Shown here in pieces: positions 20,111 through 30,841 of a DNA stretch of 64,000 nt. This DNA comes from a virus. Within the stretch, counting starts at the first letter, position 1. Every line of letters begins with the position of its first letter. Below the pieces are notes generated by a model. It saw only the letters and a list, made by a program, of their open reading frames with translations, was not told the DNA's origin and made no database searches. The position numbers and the translations under genes are program-made. Where the stretch lies: positions 32,001-96,000 of the IMG/VR virus record IMGVR_UViG_3300047160_027173; one strand, 5' to 3'.

Positions 20111-22315
20111 TTAGTGACCTGGAGGGCCGGCCTTGTGGTTCCAGGGCATGGTGTCCATGATCCGCTGGAAGGTGTCCCTGAGCTTGGTGCTGACTCCGGC
20201 CAGGCCGAGCATGTGCTCGGCGGCCTTGTCGGCAGCGTCCGAGGCGCCGTAGAGGCCGGTCTCGGCAGCCTTGATGGCGTCCTGAAACTCCTGCTCCATG
20301 ACGGGCCTGGCCGTGCCGCCCTTGCCGAGCTTGCGCTCAAGTTCGTACTGGGTCTTGGCGTCGGCGTCAGCCTTGGCCTGCTGGAGTTTGCTCAGCCTAC
20401 CTGCCGGGGTCCTACCGGCCTTGAAGGTCTTCCCCTCGGGAGTGGCCAGCATCCGGTTCATGAAGACAGCGCCTTCAGGGCCCAGCTCGGGCCTGCTCAG
20501 GGCTTCCGCGGAACCCAGCGCAGAGGCCTGGTCGGGGTTCTGCTGCAGGTAGCTCTTCAGAGGCAGACCGCTGGCCCGGTACCGCTTCACGGCCAAGCTG
20601 GCCGGGCTGTTGTCGTCGGCGGCGTAGTCCAGGAGGGCGCTGTTGGCCACGCTCTCGTAGTACTTCTTGACCATGTTGATGTTGACGCCAGCGTCCTTGA
20701 GGAAGTCAGGGATGGTGCCCGTGCGGACGATGTCCTGGACCTGCTGGAAGCTGAGCTGGCTCAGCGCGACCTGGGCGTAGGTGTTCCCGCCCGGGCCAGT
20801 GGCCTCGATGGCGGAGAGCAGGTTGCGACCGGCCTGAAGGCCGCTGCTGTCGCTGAACAGGGTTCCGCCAGTCTGCAGACCAGCCTTGGCCTGCTCCACG
20901 AGGAAGGCGTCACCGAGACCGGCCTTCTGGCCGAGTTCGACGCCGCCCTGCAGTCCGGCCAGGGTGCCGAGACCGCCAGTAGTACCGGCCGGGTTGAAGC
21001 CCGTCAGAGCCAGGCCGCCGAGCTTTGCAGCCATGGCCGCGTTCTTGCCCAAGGGTCCGCCGAAGACGTTGTTGACGCCACCGAAGCCGCTCTGGGTTCC
21101 GGCCGCAACGAGGCCACTGATGTCGTAGCCCACGGCCTGAGCCTGCATGATGGCGTCCGCCCAGGGCGTGGCCTGGTTACCGGCCTGGTTGCGGATGCCC
21201 AAGTAGGCGCCGTAGAACTGGTCTTCGCTGTAGCCGCGCGACTGCAGTCTCTTGTGGAAATCGCCGTAGTACTTCGCCTTCTTGGCGGCGGGATCATTGG
21301 CGTTGATGGCGTCGCCGACACCCTCTTCCAAGCCGAAAAGGCGGGCTCCGGTGATGCGCGAGCCCATGCTCTGGTTCCAGTAGTCCTCGCTGAGGCCGAC
21401 GTCGCGCTGATAGCCGAGACTATTCTTCCGGGCGCTGATGATCTCGTTGATCTTGCCCATCCTGAAGGCGTTCAGGTTTTCCTGATACGCGCCCGGTCCC
21501 GCGAAAATGGCGTCGATGGGATGCGATTTCCAATAGTCCATTTCGGACATGGTGCCGGTCTGTTCACCGATCTGCATGGCCAGGGCCTGGCCGCCCTGGC
21601 GGAGCGCGCCCAGGGTGCTGTAGTCGCCACCGGCAATGGCCCTGAGGTTGGGAACGTAAGCCGCGCCCTGGGCAGCCGTGGCCTGAGCAGGCATCATGGA
21701 CATGCTACGGAGCAGGGAGAAGGTGGTACCGGCGACGCCAGCACCGATTCCCGCGACCTGCGCAAACTCAGACAGACCTGAGAGGAAACCACCGCCACCA
21801 CCGCCGCCGATGGCAAGCTGGGAGCCGCTGAAGCCGCCGCCACCCGGACCGAGCATGCCGTAGCCGCCGCCGGTGTAGCTGGGGCCGCCCATGCGCATGA
21901 CGCCGCCCAGGAGGCCACCGCCAAGGCCGCCGAAGGCCTTGGTGACACCCGACAGGGCGCCGGTGAGTTCGCTGAGGTCTCGCTTCTGTTGCTGGACACT
22001 GCTGCGCAGCTCGCGGGTGAGCTTCTGCAGGGCGGTGACGCCTTCGTCGGCCTGCTTCTTGATGCCGCCAGAGGCAGCACCGACAGCACCGGCAACGCCG
22101 GTCTGAGCGCCGGCAGCGGTCTGGGCCACACTCTTGCCAGCCGTACCACCGCCGACGTTACCACCGCCGAAGAAGCCACCGCCAGCCGACTTCATGGCCT
22201 CGGAGAACTTCAGGGCCTGCTGGGTCAGGTCCTGGAGCGCCGTCTTGACCTGAGCAAGGCTCTGCTGGTCGACTACGAACTTGAAATTGACGCTCTTAGT
22301 GCCGGTTTCTGCCAT
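20111..22315 (-). CDS. Tape-measure-like protein
   Basis: 734 aa, A/G-rich and helical, located between chaperones and hub. Late motif upstream. Confidence 0.65.
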   Translation of the reverse strand: MAETGTKSVNFKFVVDQQSLAQVKTALQDLTQQALKFSEAMKSAGGGFFGGGNVGGGTAGKSVAQTAAGAQTGVAGAVGAASGGIKKQADEGVTALQKLTRELRSSVQQQKRDLSELTGALSGVTKAFGGLGGGLLGGVMRMGGPSYTGGGYGMLGPGGGGFSGSQLAIGGGGGGGFLSGLSEFAQVAGIGAGVAGTTFSLLRSMSMMPAQATAAQGAAYVPNLRAIAGGDYSTLGALRQGGQALAMQIGEQTGTMSEMDYWKSHPIDAIFAGPGAYQENLNAFRMGKINEIISARKNSLGYQRDVGLSEDYWNQSMGSRITGARLFGLEEGVGDAINANDPAAKKAKYYGDFHKRLQSRGYSEDQFYGAYLGIRNQAGNQATPWADAIMQAQAVGYDISGLVAAGTQSGFGGVNNVFGGPLGKNAAMAAKLGGLALTGFNPAGTTGGLGTLAGLQGGVELGQKAGLGDAFLVEQAKAGLQTGGTLFSDSSGLQAGRNLLSAIEATGPGGNTYAQVALSQLSFQQVQDIVRTGTIPDFLKDAGVNINMVKKYYESVANSALLDYAADDNSPASLAVKRYRASGLPLKSYLQQNPDQASALGSAEALSRPELGPEGAVFMNRMLATPEGKTFKAGRTPAGRLSKLQQAKADADAKTQYELERKLGKGGTARPVMEQEFQDAIKAAETGLYGASDAADKAAEHMLGLAGVSTKLRDTFQRIMDTMPWNHKAGPPGH

Positions 22316-22321
22316 GGTGGA

Positions 22322-22858
22322 TTACGGCTTAGATTGCCCGAGTGCGTCCCCTCGGACGGCGGCCTCGAAATCGTCGTCCGTGACGAAGCTGACCTTCACG
22401 TCGGGCTCTACCTTCTTCGAGGGGAGCTTGCTCAGGCTGGGGTCCTTACTGCTGTCCTGGGGCTTAGCGAACTTCATGAAGGGCTTGGCGGCCGTTGGAG
22501 CGTCCTGGCCCGCGGCCTTGGCGGCAGCAGCCAGGGCCTCGTTCTTCTCGATCTTCTTCCGGATGCGGATGCTGGCGACCTCTTCGCGTTGGAAGTCGCG
22601 GTCGCGCTCGATGGCCTCTTCCCGGGTCTCCAGCATGTCCTCGATTTCCTGCTCGCGGCGGTCATCCTCCAGGTCCGAGTAGTGCTCCTCCCAGTACTCG
22701 CGGAGGATCATGAACGGGTCCAAGGCCTCGACCTCAGCCAGAGGCGTGTTCAGGGTCTTGCTGTACCAGCGCCGAACCCGGCGCAGGAGGGCGGCCTCGT
22801 CGGGGTCGACGACGGCCAGCATGGCCTGGTAGCGGATGGCGTCGTAGACCGACGTCAC
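22322..22858 (-). CDS. Probable tail assembly chaperone (second part)
   Basis: 'RRWYSKTLNTPLAEVEALD...EYWE', directly upstream of the tape-measure-like gene. AAGGAG RBS. Confidence 0.55.
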   Translation of the reverse strand: MTSVYDAIRYQAMLAVVDPDEAALLRRVRRWYSKTLNTPLAEVEALDPFMILREYWEEHYSDLEDDRREQEIEDMLETREEAIERDRDFQREEVASIRIRKKIEKNEALAAAAKAAGQDAPTAAKPFMKFAKPQDSSKDPSLSKLPSKKVEPDVKVSFVTDDDFEAAVRGDALGQSKP

Positions 22859-22861
22859 GGC

Positions 22862-23260
22862 TTACTCCTTGGCGGCGCTCTTCTTCAGCTCCGCCCGGGC
22901 CTCTTCGCCCTTCTTGACGACGGCGTCCTGGGCTTCCTTCTCGATGCGGAGAATGTTCGAGTAGACGGCGGCCACGGGATCCTCGTCGACGAGGTTGATG
23001 CCCTGGCCAGACTCCTGCCACCAGCGGGGACCGGGACCAACAAGGTGGGCCCAGATCTTGGAGAAGGCCGAGGCCACGTTCTGGGCGTCGGGGGAGGCCA
23101 ACTCGGGCTTGGGGCCGAGAAGGTCACGCCGAAGCTGGTCCATCTTCAGGGTGTCGAGGTGACTGAGACGGGGGCGGGCCTTGAAGACGCCCGGGTAGGA
23201 CTCTCCGGTCTTCTCGCCCTTGACGTCGACGGTGAACTCCACGGGTTCGTTGCTGTACAT
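22862..23260 (-). CDS. Probable tail assembly chaperone (first part)
   Basis: Start reassigned to ATG 23260 (CAGGAG RBS; MYSNEPVEF...). Gene order supports the call. Confidence 0.6.
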   Translation of the reverse strand: MYSNEPVEFTVDVKGEKTGESYPGVFKARPRLSHLDTLKMDQLRRDLLGPKPELASPDAQNVASAFSKIWAHLVGPGPRWWQESGQGINLVDEDPVAAVYSNILRIEKEAQDAVVKKGEEARAELKKSAAKE

Positions 23261-23335
23261 GTTGCTCCTGGGGATGCGAAACTCGCGACCAAGGAGTATA
23301 CCACGCTCGACTCGATCACTGATTCGGAGCCTAGA

Positions 23336-23797
23336 TTGCTCGCCTATCGCTACTACGCCCGAGAGCGGAAGCTGTTCAGAGCCTACGAGGAGTACTACTT
23401 CGAGACCGAGCTGGACGTCCGCAAGGCCGTCGACTACGTCTGCCGGACCTGGGGCGTGCACAGGGCTGAAGTCATCATTCTTGACACTGACGAGCGCACT
23501 CGCTTCGGGGGTTGGTACCGGCCCCAGACCTGGCTCCTCAACATGAAGTCAGGCGTCCTGGGCTTCTACCCGGACCAGCTAGACTTCCGGACCGTGGCCC
23601 ACGAGCTGGCCCACCACGTGGACGCCGAGGAGAAGGTCCTCACCTACAAATGGGCCCGGGGCTGGCCGAGGAAGAACCACCGAGCCCACCGGAACCGGCA
23701 CATGGAGTTGATGGCCTGGATCCTGGCCCAGCTCACCGCGGGCAGCCGAGAAGTCCGTGGCGCCAGGCCCCGCGCCGCTGTTAAGGTCAGAACGTGA
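23336..23797 (+). CDS. HExxH zincin-like metallopeptidase
   Basis: 'TVAHELAHH...H..RH' motif. Probable TTG start after GGAG. Corresponds to the 3' part of track ORF 21989..23797. Confidence 0.6.
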   Translation: MLAYRYYARERKLFRAYEEYYFETELDVRKAVDYVCRTWGVHRAEVIILDTDERTRFGGWYRPQTWLLNMKSGVLGFYPDQLDFRTVAHELAHHVDAEEKVLTYKWARGWPRKNHRAHRNRHMELMAWILAQLTAGSREVRGARPRAAVKVRT

Positions 23798-23948
23798 AGA
23801 TGCTCGACGACATCCACGACCGGCTGCACACCCTGTTGGCGGCGGCTGTGGTCGGGAGCATCTTCCTAATGGCCTACACCATCGTCTACCTCCGTGGAGC
23901 GTGGATCGATGCCATGGAAGAAAAACGCCGTAACATCCGAGGGAACTG

Positions 23949-25349
23949 ATGGACACCGAGAAGACCGAGCAGGAGCTGGTCGGAGTGAGCATCGACAGAG
24001 AGCTGGAGCTGGACTACGAGCTGAGCGCTGAGCGCAAGGAACTGGCCAGCGCCGTCCCCTTCAGGCGCAAGGCCGCCCCCTGGAGGAGCTACGGCTACGC
24101 CCGGGACCGCATCCTCTTCAGCGAGGACGACGCCGTCCGTGGCCTCATGCAGCAGGTCCAGGCCGGTGGCGTGGACCCCTTCATCCATCACCAGATCAGC
24201 GTCCAGCACAAGGACGACATGCCGGCCAAGACCCTCCTGGACGCCTTCGACACGGAGTTCGGCACCGAGCTGGCCGTCATGGAGGACTCCTTCATGACCA
24301 AGGCCGACAACGAAGAGGTCTTCGGCGCCAGCGAGGAGCTGCGCTTCGAGATCAGCTCCGAGGCCCAGCTGACTGAGGAGAATCTCCGGAAGTACAACTA
24401 TCAGATGCTCGGCCGCCTCGACCGTCACCGGACCTACATCGGCGACCAGGCCTTCATCCGCTTCGAGATCGACGAGATCCGCCACCTGGTCCGGGCCGAC
24501 ACGTACACCACCGACCGGGCCCTGTACAAGCGCCTGCTGAAGTTCATGGCCCGCTTCCAGGTCGGTCCCACGGTGCGCGCCGCCAAGGGCAGCAGCGTCA
24601 ACGTCATCATCCAGAGCAACCAAGGCCTGAAGCTGAGCAGCGTCGGCTTCGACGGCGAGCCCCTGGAGCGCGGCAACTACCAGGACAGCTTCCTCACGGC
24701 CTACGACCGCATCGTCAGCGACCTCCGGACCACCAAGCCCACGGGGCGCATCGCCATCTTCCGCGGGCCTCCGGGCACGGGCAAGACCTGGGCCCTCCGC
24801 GGCCTCCTCTTCGACGTCACCGAGGTCACCTACATCATGGTCAGCCCACACATGGTGCCGCAGCTGGCGACCCCGGGCTTCGTCGAGCTGCTCATGGGCC
24901 TGAAGAAGAAGAAGCGGACCATGGTACTGGTCGTCGAAGATGCCGACGAGGTTCTCGCGGATCGTGGCGAGGGCAACATGTCCGCCATCGCCGCCGTCCT
25001 GAACCTCAGCGACGGCATCCTCGGCGCCCTCCTGGACCTGCGCATCGTCGCCACGACCAACGCCCACAAGGCGGCCCTGGACGCGGCCGTCATGCGCGCC
25101 GGCCGTCTGTCGGCAGTCGCCGAGGTCGGCAAGCTCAGCGCCGAGCGCGCCACCGAGGCCTACCGACGCATCACCGGCGGCAAGGGTGACCGCGTCTTCA
25201 AGGCCGAGACCAGCATCGCCGACGTCTACCGTCAGGTCGGTGAGGATGGCCTGGAGCCTGAGAAGCGCATGAAGCTCCAGAACCTGGACAAGGGCACGAT
25301 GGGCTTCGGCGACGACGGCGACGACGAAGAGTCCTTCGACGAGGAGTGA
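23949..25349 (+). CDS. AAA+ ATPase
   Basis: Walker A GPPGTGKT, Walker B LVVEDAD, 'LNLSDGILG', sensor ATTN, arginine finger RAGRL. Confidence 0.9.
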   Translation: MDTEKTEQELVGVSIDRELELDYELSAERKELASAVPFRRKAAPWRSYGYARDRILFSEDDAVRGLMQQVQAGGVDPFIHHQISVQHKDDMPAKTLLDAFDTEFGTELAVMEDSFMTKADNEEVFGASEELRFEISSEAQLTEENLRKYNYQMLGRLDRHRTYIGDQAFIRFEIDEIRHLVRADTYTTDRALYKRLLKFMARFQVGPTVRAAKGSSVNVIIQSNQGLKLSSVGFDGEPLERGNYQDSFLTAYDRIVSDLRTTKPTGRIAIFRGPPGTGKTWALRGLLFDVTEVTYIMVSPHMVPQLATPGFVELLMGLKKKKRTMVLVVEDADEVLADRGEGNMSAIAAVLNLSDGILGALLDLRIVATTNAHKAALDAAVMRAGRLSAVAEVGKLSAERATEAYRRITGGKGDRVFKAETSIADVYRQVGEDGLEPEKRMKLQNLDKGTMGFGDDGDDEESFDEE

Positions 25350-25350
25350 C

Positions 25351-25938
25351 GTGAACGCCAGCGACGCCTACAGAGCCCACCAGCTGGTCCAGCAGCTCTA
25401 CGAGAACCGCCCCGAGCGCCTTGTTCACGTCCATGACGTGGCCGGGGTGCTCCGGGAGATGGGGACCACCGCCGAGCTGCGGATATGGGACGAGGCCGAG
25501 GTCTTCGTCGCGGCCTACCTGCACGACGTCCTCGACGACGTCGTCATCACCAGGCCCGAGCTTCGGGACGCCCTCGGTGAGGAGGCCCTGAAGCTCGCCG
25601 ACGACCTCAGCGAGAACTTCGTCGTCGGCTGCGCCAGGCGCTGCACGTTCTTCGAGAACCTGCCCGCGCTCCGCGCCAGCCCCGTGGCCCTGGAGGTCAG
25701 GCTCGCGGCCCGCTTCGCGAACTGGCGCCAGGCCCTGGAGACCGGGGACGACCACCGCCGGGCCTGGTACAGGAAGGACTACCTCCTGTTCCGGTCCGAG
25801 CTGATCAAGCTGCCCGTGAAGAATCCCCAGTACTGGCTGCGCCTCGACGGTCTCATGGACGAACTGCCCGAGGCCAGCTGGGAAGTCGACGGCGTCCGCC
25901 ACTTCGGCATCGTTACACCCGGAGTTGATTTCCGCTGA
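25351..25938 (+). CDS. HD-domain protein, RelA/SpoT-hydrolase (MESH1/SAH)-like, divergent
   Basis: 'HVHDVA...AAYLHDVLDD..IT..EL...LGEE...L...LS' pattern. Confidence 0.65.
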   Translation: MNASDAYRAHQLVQQLYENRPERLVHVHDVAGVLREMGTTAELRIWDEAEVFVAAYLHDVLDDVVITRPELRDALGEEALKLADDLSENFVVGCARRCTFFENLPALRASPVALEVRLAARFANWRQALETGDDHRRAWYRKDYLLFRSELIKLPVKNPQYWLRLDGLMDELPEASWEVDGVRHFGIVTPGVDFR

Positions 25939-25953
25939 GGTTCGTGTTATAGT
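25925..25953 (+). promoter_or_regulatory. sigma70-type promoter
   Basis: TTGATT-17 nt-TATAGT with extended TG, upstream of a run of small plus-strand genes. Confidence 0.7.
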
Positions 25954-25992
25954 GTAGTTCGTGGACATTCTCATCCACTGATCGGAGACATC

Positions 25993-26463
25993 GTGTCGAA
26001 GAAGGTCAGCATCACCGAAGTCCGCAAGCAGCTCCGCACGGAGATGAAGGCCATGGCCCTGCACTACCAGGCGCCGGTCGAGCTGGATGCCCGCTTCGAG
26101 GGCAAGCTCAAGGCCCTGCCGGCGGCCCGGACCGAGGCCCAGGCCCAGTACCTGATCATCGCCAAGGCCCGGCTCCTGACCGGCTACCAGACGCACCTGC
26201 TGAGCCTCTGGGCCCAGGGGAAGATCGACGGCCCCCGGACCCCGGAATCCCTGGTGAAGAAGGCCGACAAGCTCGACAACCTGGCCAAGTTCATCGAGAC
26301 CAAGGGCAACACCGAGAAGGCCTACGAGTACCGCCGCGAGGCCATCGGCCTCCGCAGTGAGGCCGTGGAGCTGGAGAGGTCCAGGGCCCGCAACAAGGGC
26401 ACGTCCGTGGACTCGGACCTCGGCGAGGAGATCACCCTGGCGAGGCCCCCGCGCCAGAGTTAA
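25993..26463 (+). CDS. Hypothetical protein
   Basis: GGAGA RBS and phage-typical codon usage. Confidence 0.7.
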   Translation: MSKKVSITEVRKQLRTEMKAMALHYQAPVELDARFEGKLKALPAARTEAQAQYLIIAKARLLTGYQTHLLSLWAQGKIDGPRTPESLVKKADKLDNLAKFIETKGNTEKAYEYRREAIGLRSEAVELERSRARNKGTSVDSDLGEEITLARPPRQS

Positions 26464-26472
26464 GGAACCCGC

Positions 26473-26640
26473 ATGAAGCCCAAAGCCCAGAAGCGTGAAG
26501 AGGCCGAGATCCGGCTGAAGGCCTACCAGGCCATGACCGTGGCAGAGAAGCTCGCCGAGCTTGACCGCAAGTTCGGCCCGGGCCAGGGCGCCAGCAAGCA
26601 GCGGGCTCGCCTTGCTGCAGAGAGCGAGAAGAAGTCGTGA
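26473..26640 (+). CDS. Small basic hypothetical protein (55 aa, MKPKAQKREEA...)
   Basis: AAGGA RBS, coupled by GTGA to the next gene. Below the ORF-track cutoff. Confidence 0.6.
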   Translation: MKPKAQKREEAEIRLKAYQAMTVAEKLAELDRKFGPGQGASKQRARLAAESEKKS

Positions 26641-26894
26641 GCAAGGCAGAGCGCGTCCTCGACGTCAAGACCATCCCCGTCATGGAGTACAAGACCATCC
26701 CCGTCATGGAGTACAAGACCATCCCCGACGTCATCGACGGCAAGCTGGAGACGGAGCTGAACGCCATCGCCCGCCAGGGCTGGAAGCTGGAGCAGATCGT
26801 CCGCGGTCCGGGCAGCTGGACTCTGATCATGGTCCGGGAGACCCTCTTCGTCACCGAGCTGGTGCCGACCGTGGAGTTGCCGGAGGGCGGCTGA
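26637..26894 (+). CDS. DUF4177-like small protein with N-terminal tandem repeat
   Basis: 'MEYK...LNAIARQGWKLE' pattern. Confidence 0.6.
   Translation: MSKAERVLDVKTIPVMEYKTIPVMEYKTIPDVIDGKLETELNAIARQGWKLEQIVRGPGSWTLIMVRETLFVTELVPTVELPEGG
26668..26728 (+). repeat. 24-nt tandem repeat, ~2.5 copies (AAGACCATCCCCGTCATGGAGTAC)
   Basis: Read directly. Encodes KTIPVMEY repeats. Confidence 0.9.
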
Positions 26895-28875
26895 TGGTCT
26901 GGCTGTTCTTCGTCACGTTCTACCTGAAGGCAGACGGACTGCCCTGGTGGGGCTGGGTTCTCTTCGTGGGCTGCATCATCTACGACTGGCAGAAGGAACA
27001 CCGGGAGGCCAAGCAGGTCGATGAGCTGAGGGCAGAGATTCACTTCCTGCGAGAGATCGCCAAGAGCTATGAAGACCAGCGCAACAGTCAGGGTTGACGG
27101 CTTCGGCAACCTCTTCGTCTACCACCGCGAAGGCGTCTTCGAGGATGGCCGGGGGAAGTTCTACGACGACGGCCTCGTCCGGGACACAGTCTACCTCAGC
27201 GACCTGGAACCCTGCCCGCACCAGTACGTCCACGCCGACGGCGTCAGCTGGGTCTGCATCCGCTGCGATGACGTTACGAGGAACCCATGACCGAGACCGA
27301 GAAGGCCATCAAGAAGATCAGCCAGTACGCGACCAAGCACGGCCTGGACCTGCGTGAGTTTGCCGAGCGCGTAGGAGCCGCAGTCAGCATCTACACACCC
27401 CTGAGCGAGGCCTTGTGGAGCATCCGTCGCACGATGGAGAACGAGCGCTACGAGCGCAACATGAAGCTGGCTTGCCAGGCCCTGGCTCAGGTCGCGAAGG
27501 ATACGCCATGACCACTCCGACCCCGACGCCCGCGTGCGACTGCCATCAGAGCGGCGACCTAGCGCATGCCCGCGACTGCCCCGCCGCGCCGCCCGCTGAG
27601 GTGTGCGAGCCCGATTGTCCTTATATCCACCCCGCCGCGCCGCCCGCCCGTATCTGTGGCTGCTGTGGCGGTAGCAATGACGGACAGCCTGAGGCCTGTC
27701 ACTGGTGCGGTACCGTGTTGGGCCCCGCCGACGAGAACGTCCACAGCGAATGCTGCTCATGCTGCTTCGACCTGCGCGACGCTCGCCGCGAACGCGACGC
27801 GCTCCGGGCCGAGTCGGACGTGCTCGGCGGTCACATGGAATGCGCCAAGCTGGAGCAGGAGCGGCTCCGGCGCGACCTCGACGCGGCACGAGCGGAGGTG
27901 GAGCGGCTGCGCGCATATGACCTTCAGTGGGCCGAGGCGTTGCAGTCGGCCAACGAGGGGCGGAAACGCGCCGAGGCCGAGGTGGAGCGGCTGCAGGGCG
28001 ACGTTGGCGAGGAGTTCCTGCGCGCCGAACGCGCCGAGGCGAACGTGGTCCGGCTCGTCCGGGCCTTCTGCACCTGTGGCGGGACCTCAGTGCACCGGCA
28101 CGACTGTCCCATCACCATCGAACTCGACCGGGAGACGCCGTGAAGAAGTACATCGTCATGCTCTACGCCGGTTTCGAGGTAGAGGCCGAGAACATCGCCC
28201 AGGCCCGGAAGATGGCCAAGAAGCACATCCAGACCATCCCGCAGAGCAAAGGCGGTATCTGTGGCAGCTACCCAGTCAGCCACAAGGACCGGACCAGGCT
28301 CAAGTACTCGATTGAGAGGCAGTTCATGAACCTCGACGTCTGGAGGAAGTTCTAGTGGGTCACACGTTCAGAGAATCGCTCAAGGCCGAGCCAGGCCAGC
28401 GCATGGGCATCGTCCGCGACAGCCACTGGCTGCTCTGGGGCTACGGCTACGGCTTCATGATCGGAGCCCCGAACTGGCTGAAGCGATTCATCGTCATGAA
28501 CTGGAACCGGGTCACGTGTCGCATCTGGCGGCACTGGCAGTTCCAGGACGTCTGCGTCATGTGCTGCAAGAAGATGGAGCTGCCGTGAACGAGCGCGCCT
28601 ACCGGCAGCTGCTTGACCGGAACCGCGACCTGGAGGAGCTACTCAGGGCCTTCCGGAACACGACCGTGGCCGAGAAGTACTACCCGCGGGCATTCCTGGC
28701 CAAGGTTGATGCTGCCCTGGGTCCGGAGAAGACCTACGGCATCCTGGAGCTGACCCCGGAGATCCTGATCAGCCACGAGGACTGCCCGTTCTGCGAGGCC
28801 TACAAGAAGATCGCCGGGAAGTACCCGGACCTGGGCTGCCCGTCGGAGACCGACGAGAACCTCGGAGACGACTAG
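26894..28875 (+). CDS. Run of seven small translationally coupled hypothetical genes (26894-27097, 27069-27290, 27287-27511, 27508-28143, 28140-28355, 28355-28588, 28585-28875)
   Basis: Overlapping start/stop junctions. Several are Cys-rich or membrane-like. Confidence 0.6.
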
Positions 28876-29774
28876 TCCTCGGCGGGAGCCGCGGGCTTCT
28901 CAGCCTTGGGCTCGGGAGCGCTGGGCGCGTCCATGGGATCGACGACGGCGTCGATGGCGTGGATCTGCAGGGCTTCTTCGGGGCTGAGCCACCAGTCGTG
29001 GCCGTAGACCTTGGCGCGGTAGGCCTCCAGGGGCATCCCCAGACGGCTGCTGACCAAGGTATCGACCATGATATTCAGGCGGTGGATGAGAGCCATCTCG
29101 TCGTCGCCCTGGGCCTCGTTGCGGGCGTCGATGCCGTTGATCTGAACCTCGTGGAAGAGAATCAGCGTCGCCGGACCGACGGCGTAGCGCTCATCGCAGG
29201 CTGCTTCGAGGGTGATCGCGGCTGCGCTCGCGGCCATGATGTCGGCGTAACAAACCAGCGAAGCGCCGGTCTGCTTCTTGAGGTCGGCCATGGACTGGAG
29301 GAACTTCAGCATGGCGAAGCCCGAACCTCCGGGCGACGTGATCCTCACCAGAACCCGCTTGTGGTTCTTGGCGGCCTTCCAGGCCTGCTGAGTCCAGTCT
29401 TCGACGGAGCCCGACGAGAACTGGCTGTCCATGAGGACGTCGAACACCTTGCCCTTGTCCGGGGCGAAGCGCGGGGCCATCATCGGGGACGGAGCGGCCT
29501 CGACCTTGGGCTCAGCCTTCGGAGCAACAGGAGCCGGGGCAGGCGCCGGAGCTTCGGCCTTCGGGGCCGGCTTCGGGGCGTGCTTCTTGTGGGGGAGATG
29601 CTTCTTCACCCAGCCCTTGATGGCCTTGCCGTGGACGAGCCAGGTGTGCCAGCCGGCGAAGCTCAGAGCGCCGAGGCTGAGTCCGAGTAGAACCAGCAGC
29701 GCCCACTTGCGGAGTTGCTTCCAGGAGGGGGACTTCTTCGGGGCGGCGGGCTTCTTCTCGGGGCGATCAGCCAT
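28872..29774 (-). CDS. ClpP-like (crotonase-fold) serine protease with N-terminal membrane anchor
   Basis: 'ITSPGGS', catalytic 'AASAAA', 'LFHE', 'WWLSPEEAL..HAID'. Hydrophobic segment plus Pro/Ala/Lys linker at the N-terminus. Confidence 0.85.
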   Translation of the reverse strand: MADRPEKKPAAPKKSPSWKQLRKWALLVLLGLSLGALSFAGWHTWLVHGKAIKGWVKKHLPHKKHAPKPAPKAEAPAPAPAPVAPKAEPKVEAAPSPMMAPRFAPDKGKVFDVLMDSQFSSGSVEDWTQQAWKAAKNHKRVLVRITSPGGSGFAMLKFLQSMADLKKQTGASLVCYADIMAASAAAITLEAACDERYAVGPATLILFHEVQINGIDARNEAQGDDEMALIHRLNIMVDTLVSSRLGMPLEAYRAKVYGHDWWLSPEEALQIHAIDAVVDPMDAPSAPEPKAEKPAAPAED

Positions 29775-29973
29775 GTCGTCTATCCTCTAAGGGTTGCCTC
29801 CCCTCGGGACGATGACACGCTTGATCTGTACCCAACAGACGCCCATGCAGCCTCCACGAAGGGCTGACTCAGACGTAGGTTAAGTCAGGAGTCGATTCTG
29901 CCCAAGAACCAGCGAGCGATGAGCATCACCACGAGCTGGACGGCGGCGAGGACGATGATGGCCTTGAGGAGCA

Positions 29974-30422
29974 TCACTTGGACCCCCGGACTTCCTGGAC
30001 GATGCGCAGCCAGTTGCGGCTGGCGTCGCGCTGCTGACGGGCGAGCTTCAGCTCGGCGACGAGGACGCGGATGAGCTTGACGTGGAAGCTGACGAGCTTG
30101 CCACTGCGGGCCCAGTCCACGAGGTACTCCTCGGCGGCCTCAACGGGGTCTTGAGTCGGTTGGTCGGTCATCATGGCCTTCTCTACTCCTCGCCGTTGCG
30201 GATTGCTTCCAGCTCCCGGTACATGCGGCGGATGGTGTCCTGGTGCAGGGCCAGCTTCTCGCGAAGCTCGGCGTTCTCCGCGACGACCTTGTCGTAGAGG
30301 GCCTGCAGCTGGGCCTTGATCATGTTCTGCTCGATCTTGGCGTGGAGCTTCCTGAGGTCGATGTTGCCGACCTTGGTCATGGCCTGGGCGACGGCCTTGT
30401 CGAACTTCCCCAGCGTGGTCAT
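29974..30422 (-). CDS. Two small hypothetical genes (29974-30174, 30183-30422)
   Basis: RBS-like motifs and coiled-coil character. Confidence 0.6.
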
Positions 30423-30841
30423 GGCATTTCTCCGGTGAGGATGTAGTGGGTGGCGTTCAGGCTCCCGTAGAACCAGAGCCAGTAGGGGACGAACATCAGG
30501 TTGAAGATCATCGGCGCCTCTTGAGGCCGAGGATGTGCAGAAGGAGCAGGCCGACGGCGAGCATCACCAGGGCCTTGGTCGGGAGCAGGGCCAGGATGAA
30601 GAGGCCGATGATGGCGAGGAGGAGGCCGCCCCAGGCGTCGGAGTTCACTGGTGCCTCCAGCTCTCGTCGATGCCGGTCAGGGGGAGCTTCTCGTCGGCGT
30701 CGGGAATCTCGATGGGGGCGTAGCTGCGGACGGGCTTCGGCTTCGGCCGTGAGGTCACGACCGGCACCGGCTTGGGCTTCGGACGGAACAGCCAGGAGAA
30801 GAGGCTCATGGACCCCCTCTAACGGCTAGAGTTCGGAAATG

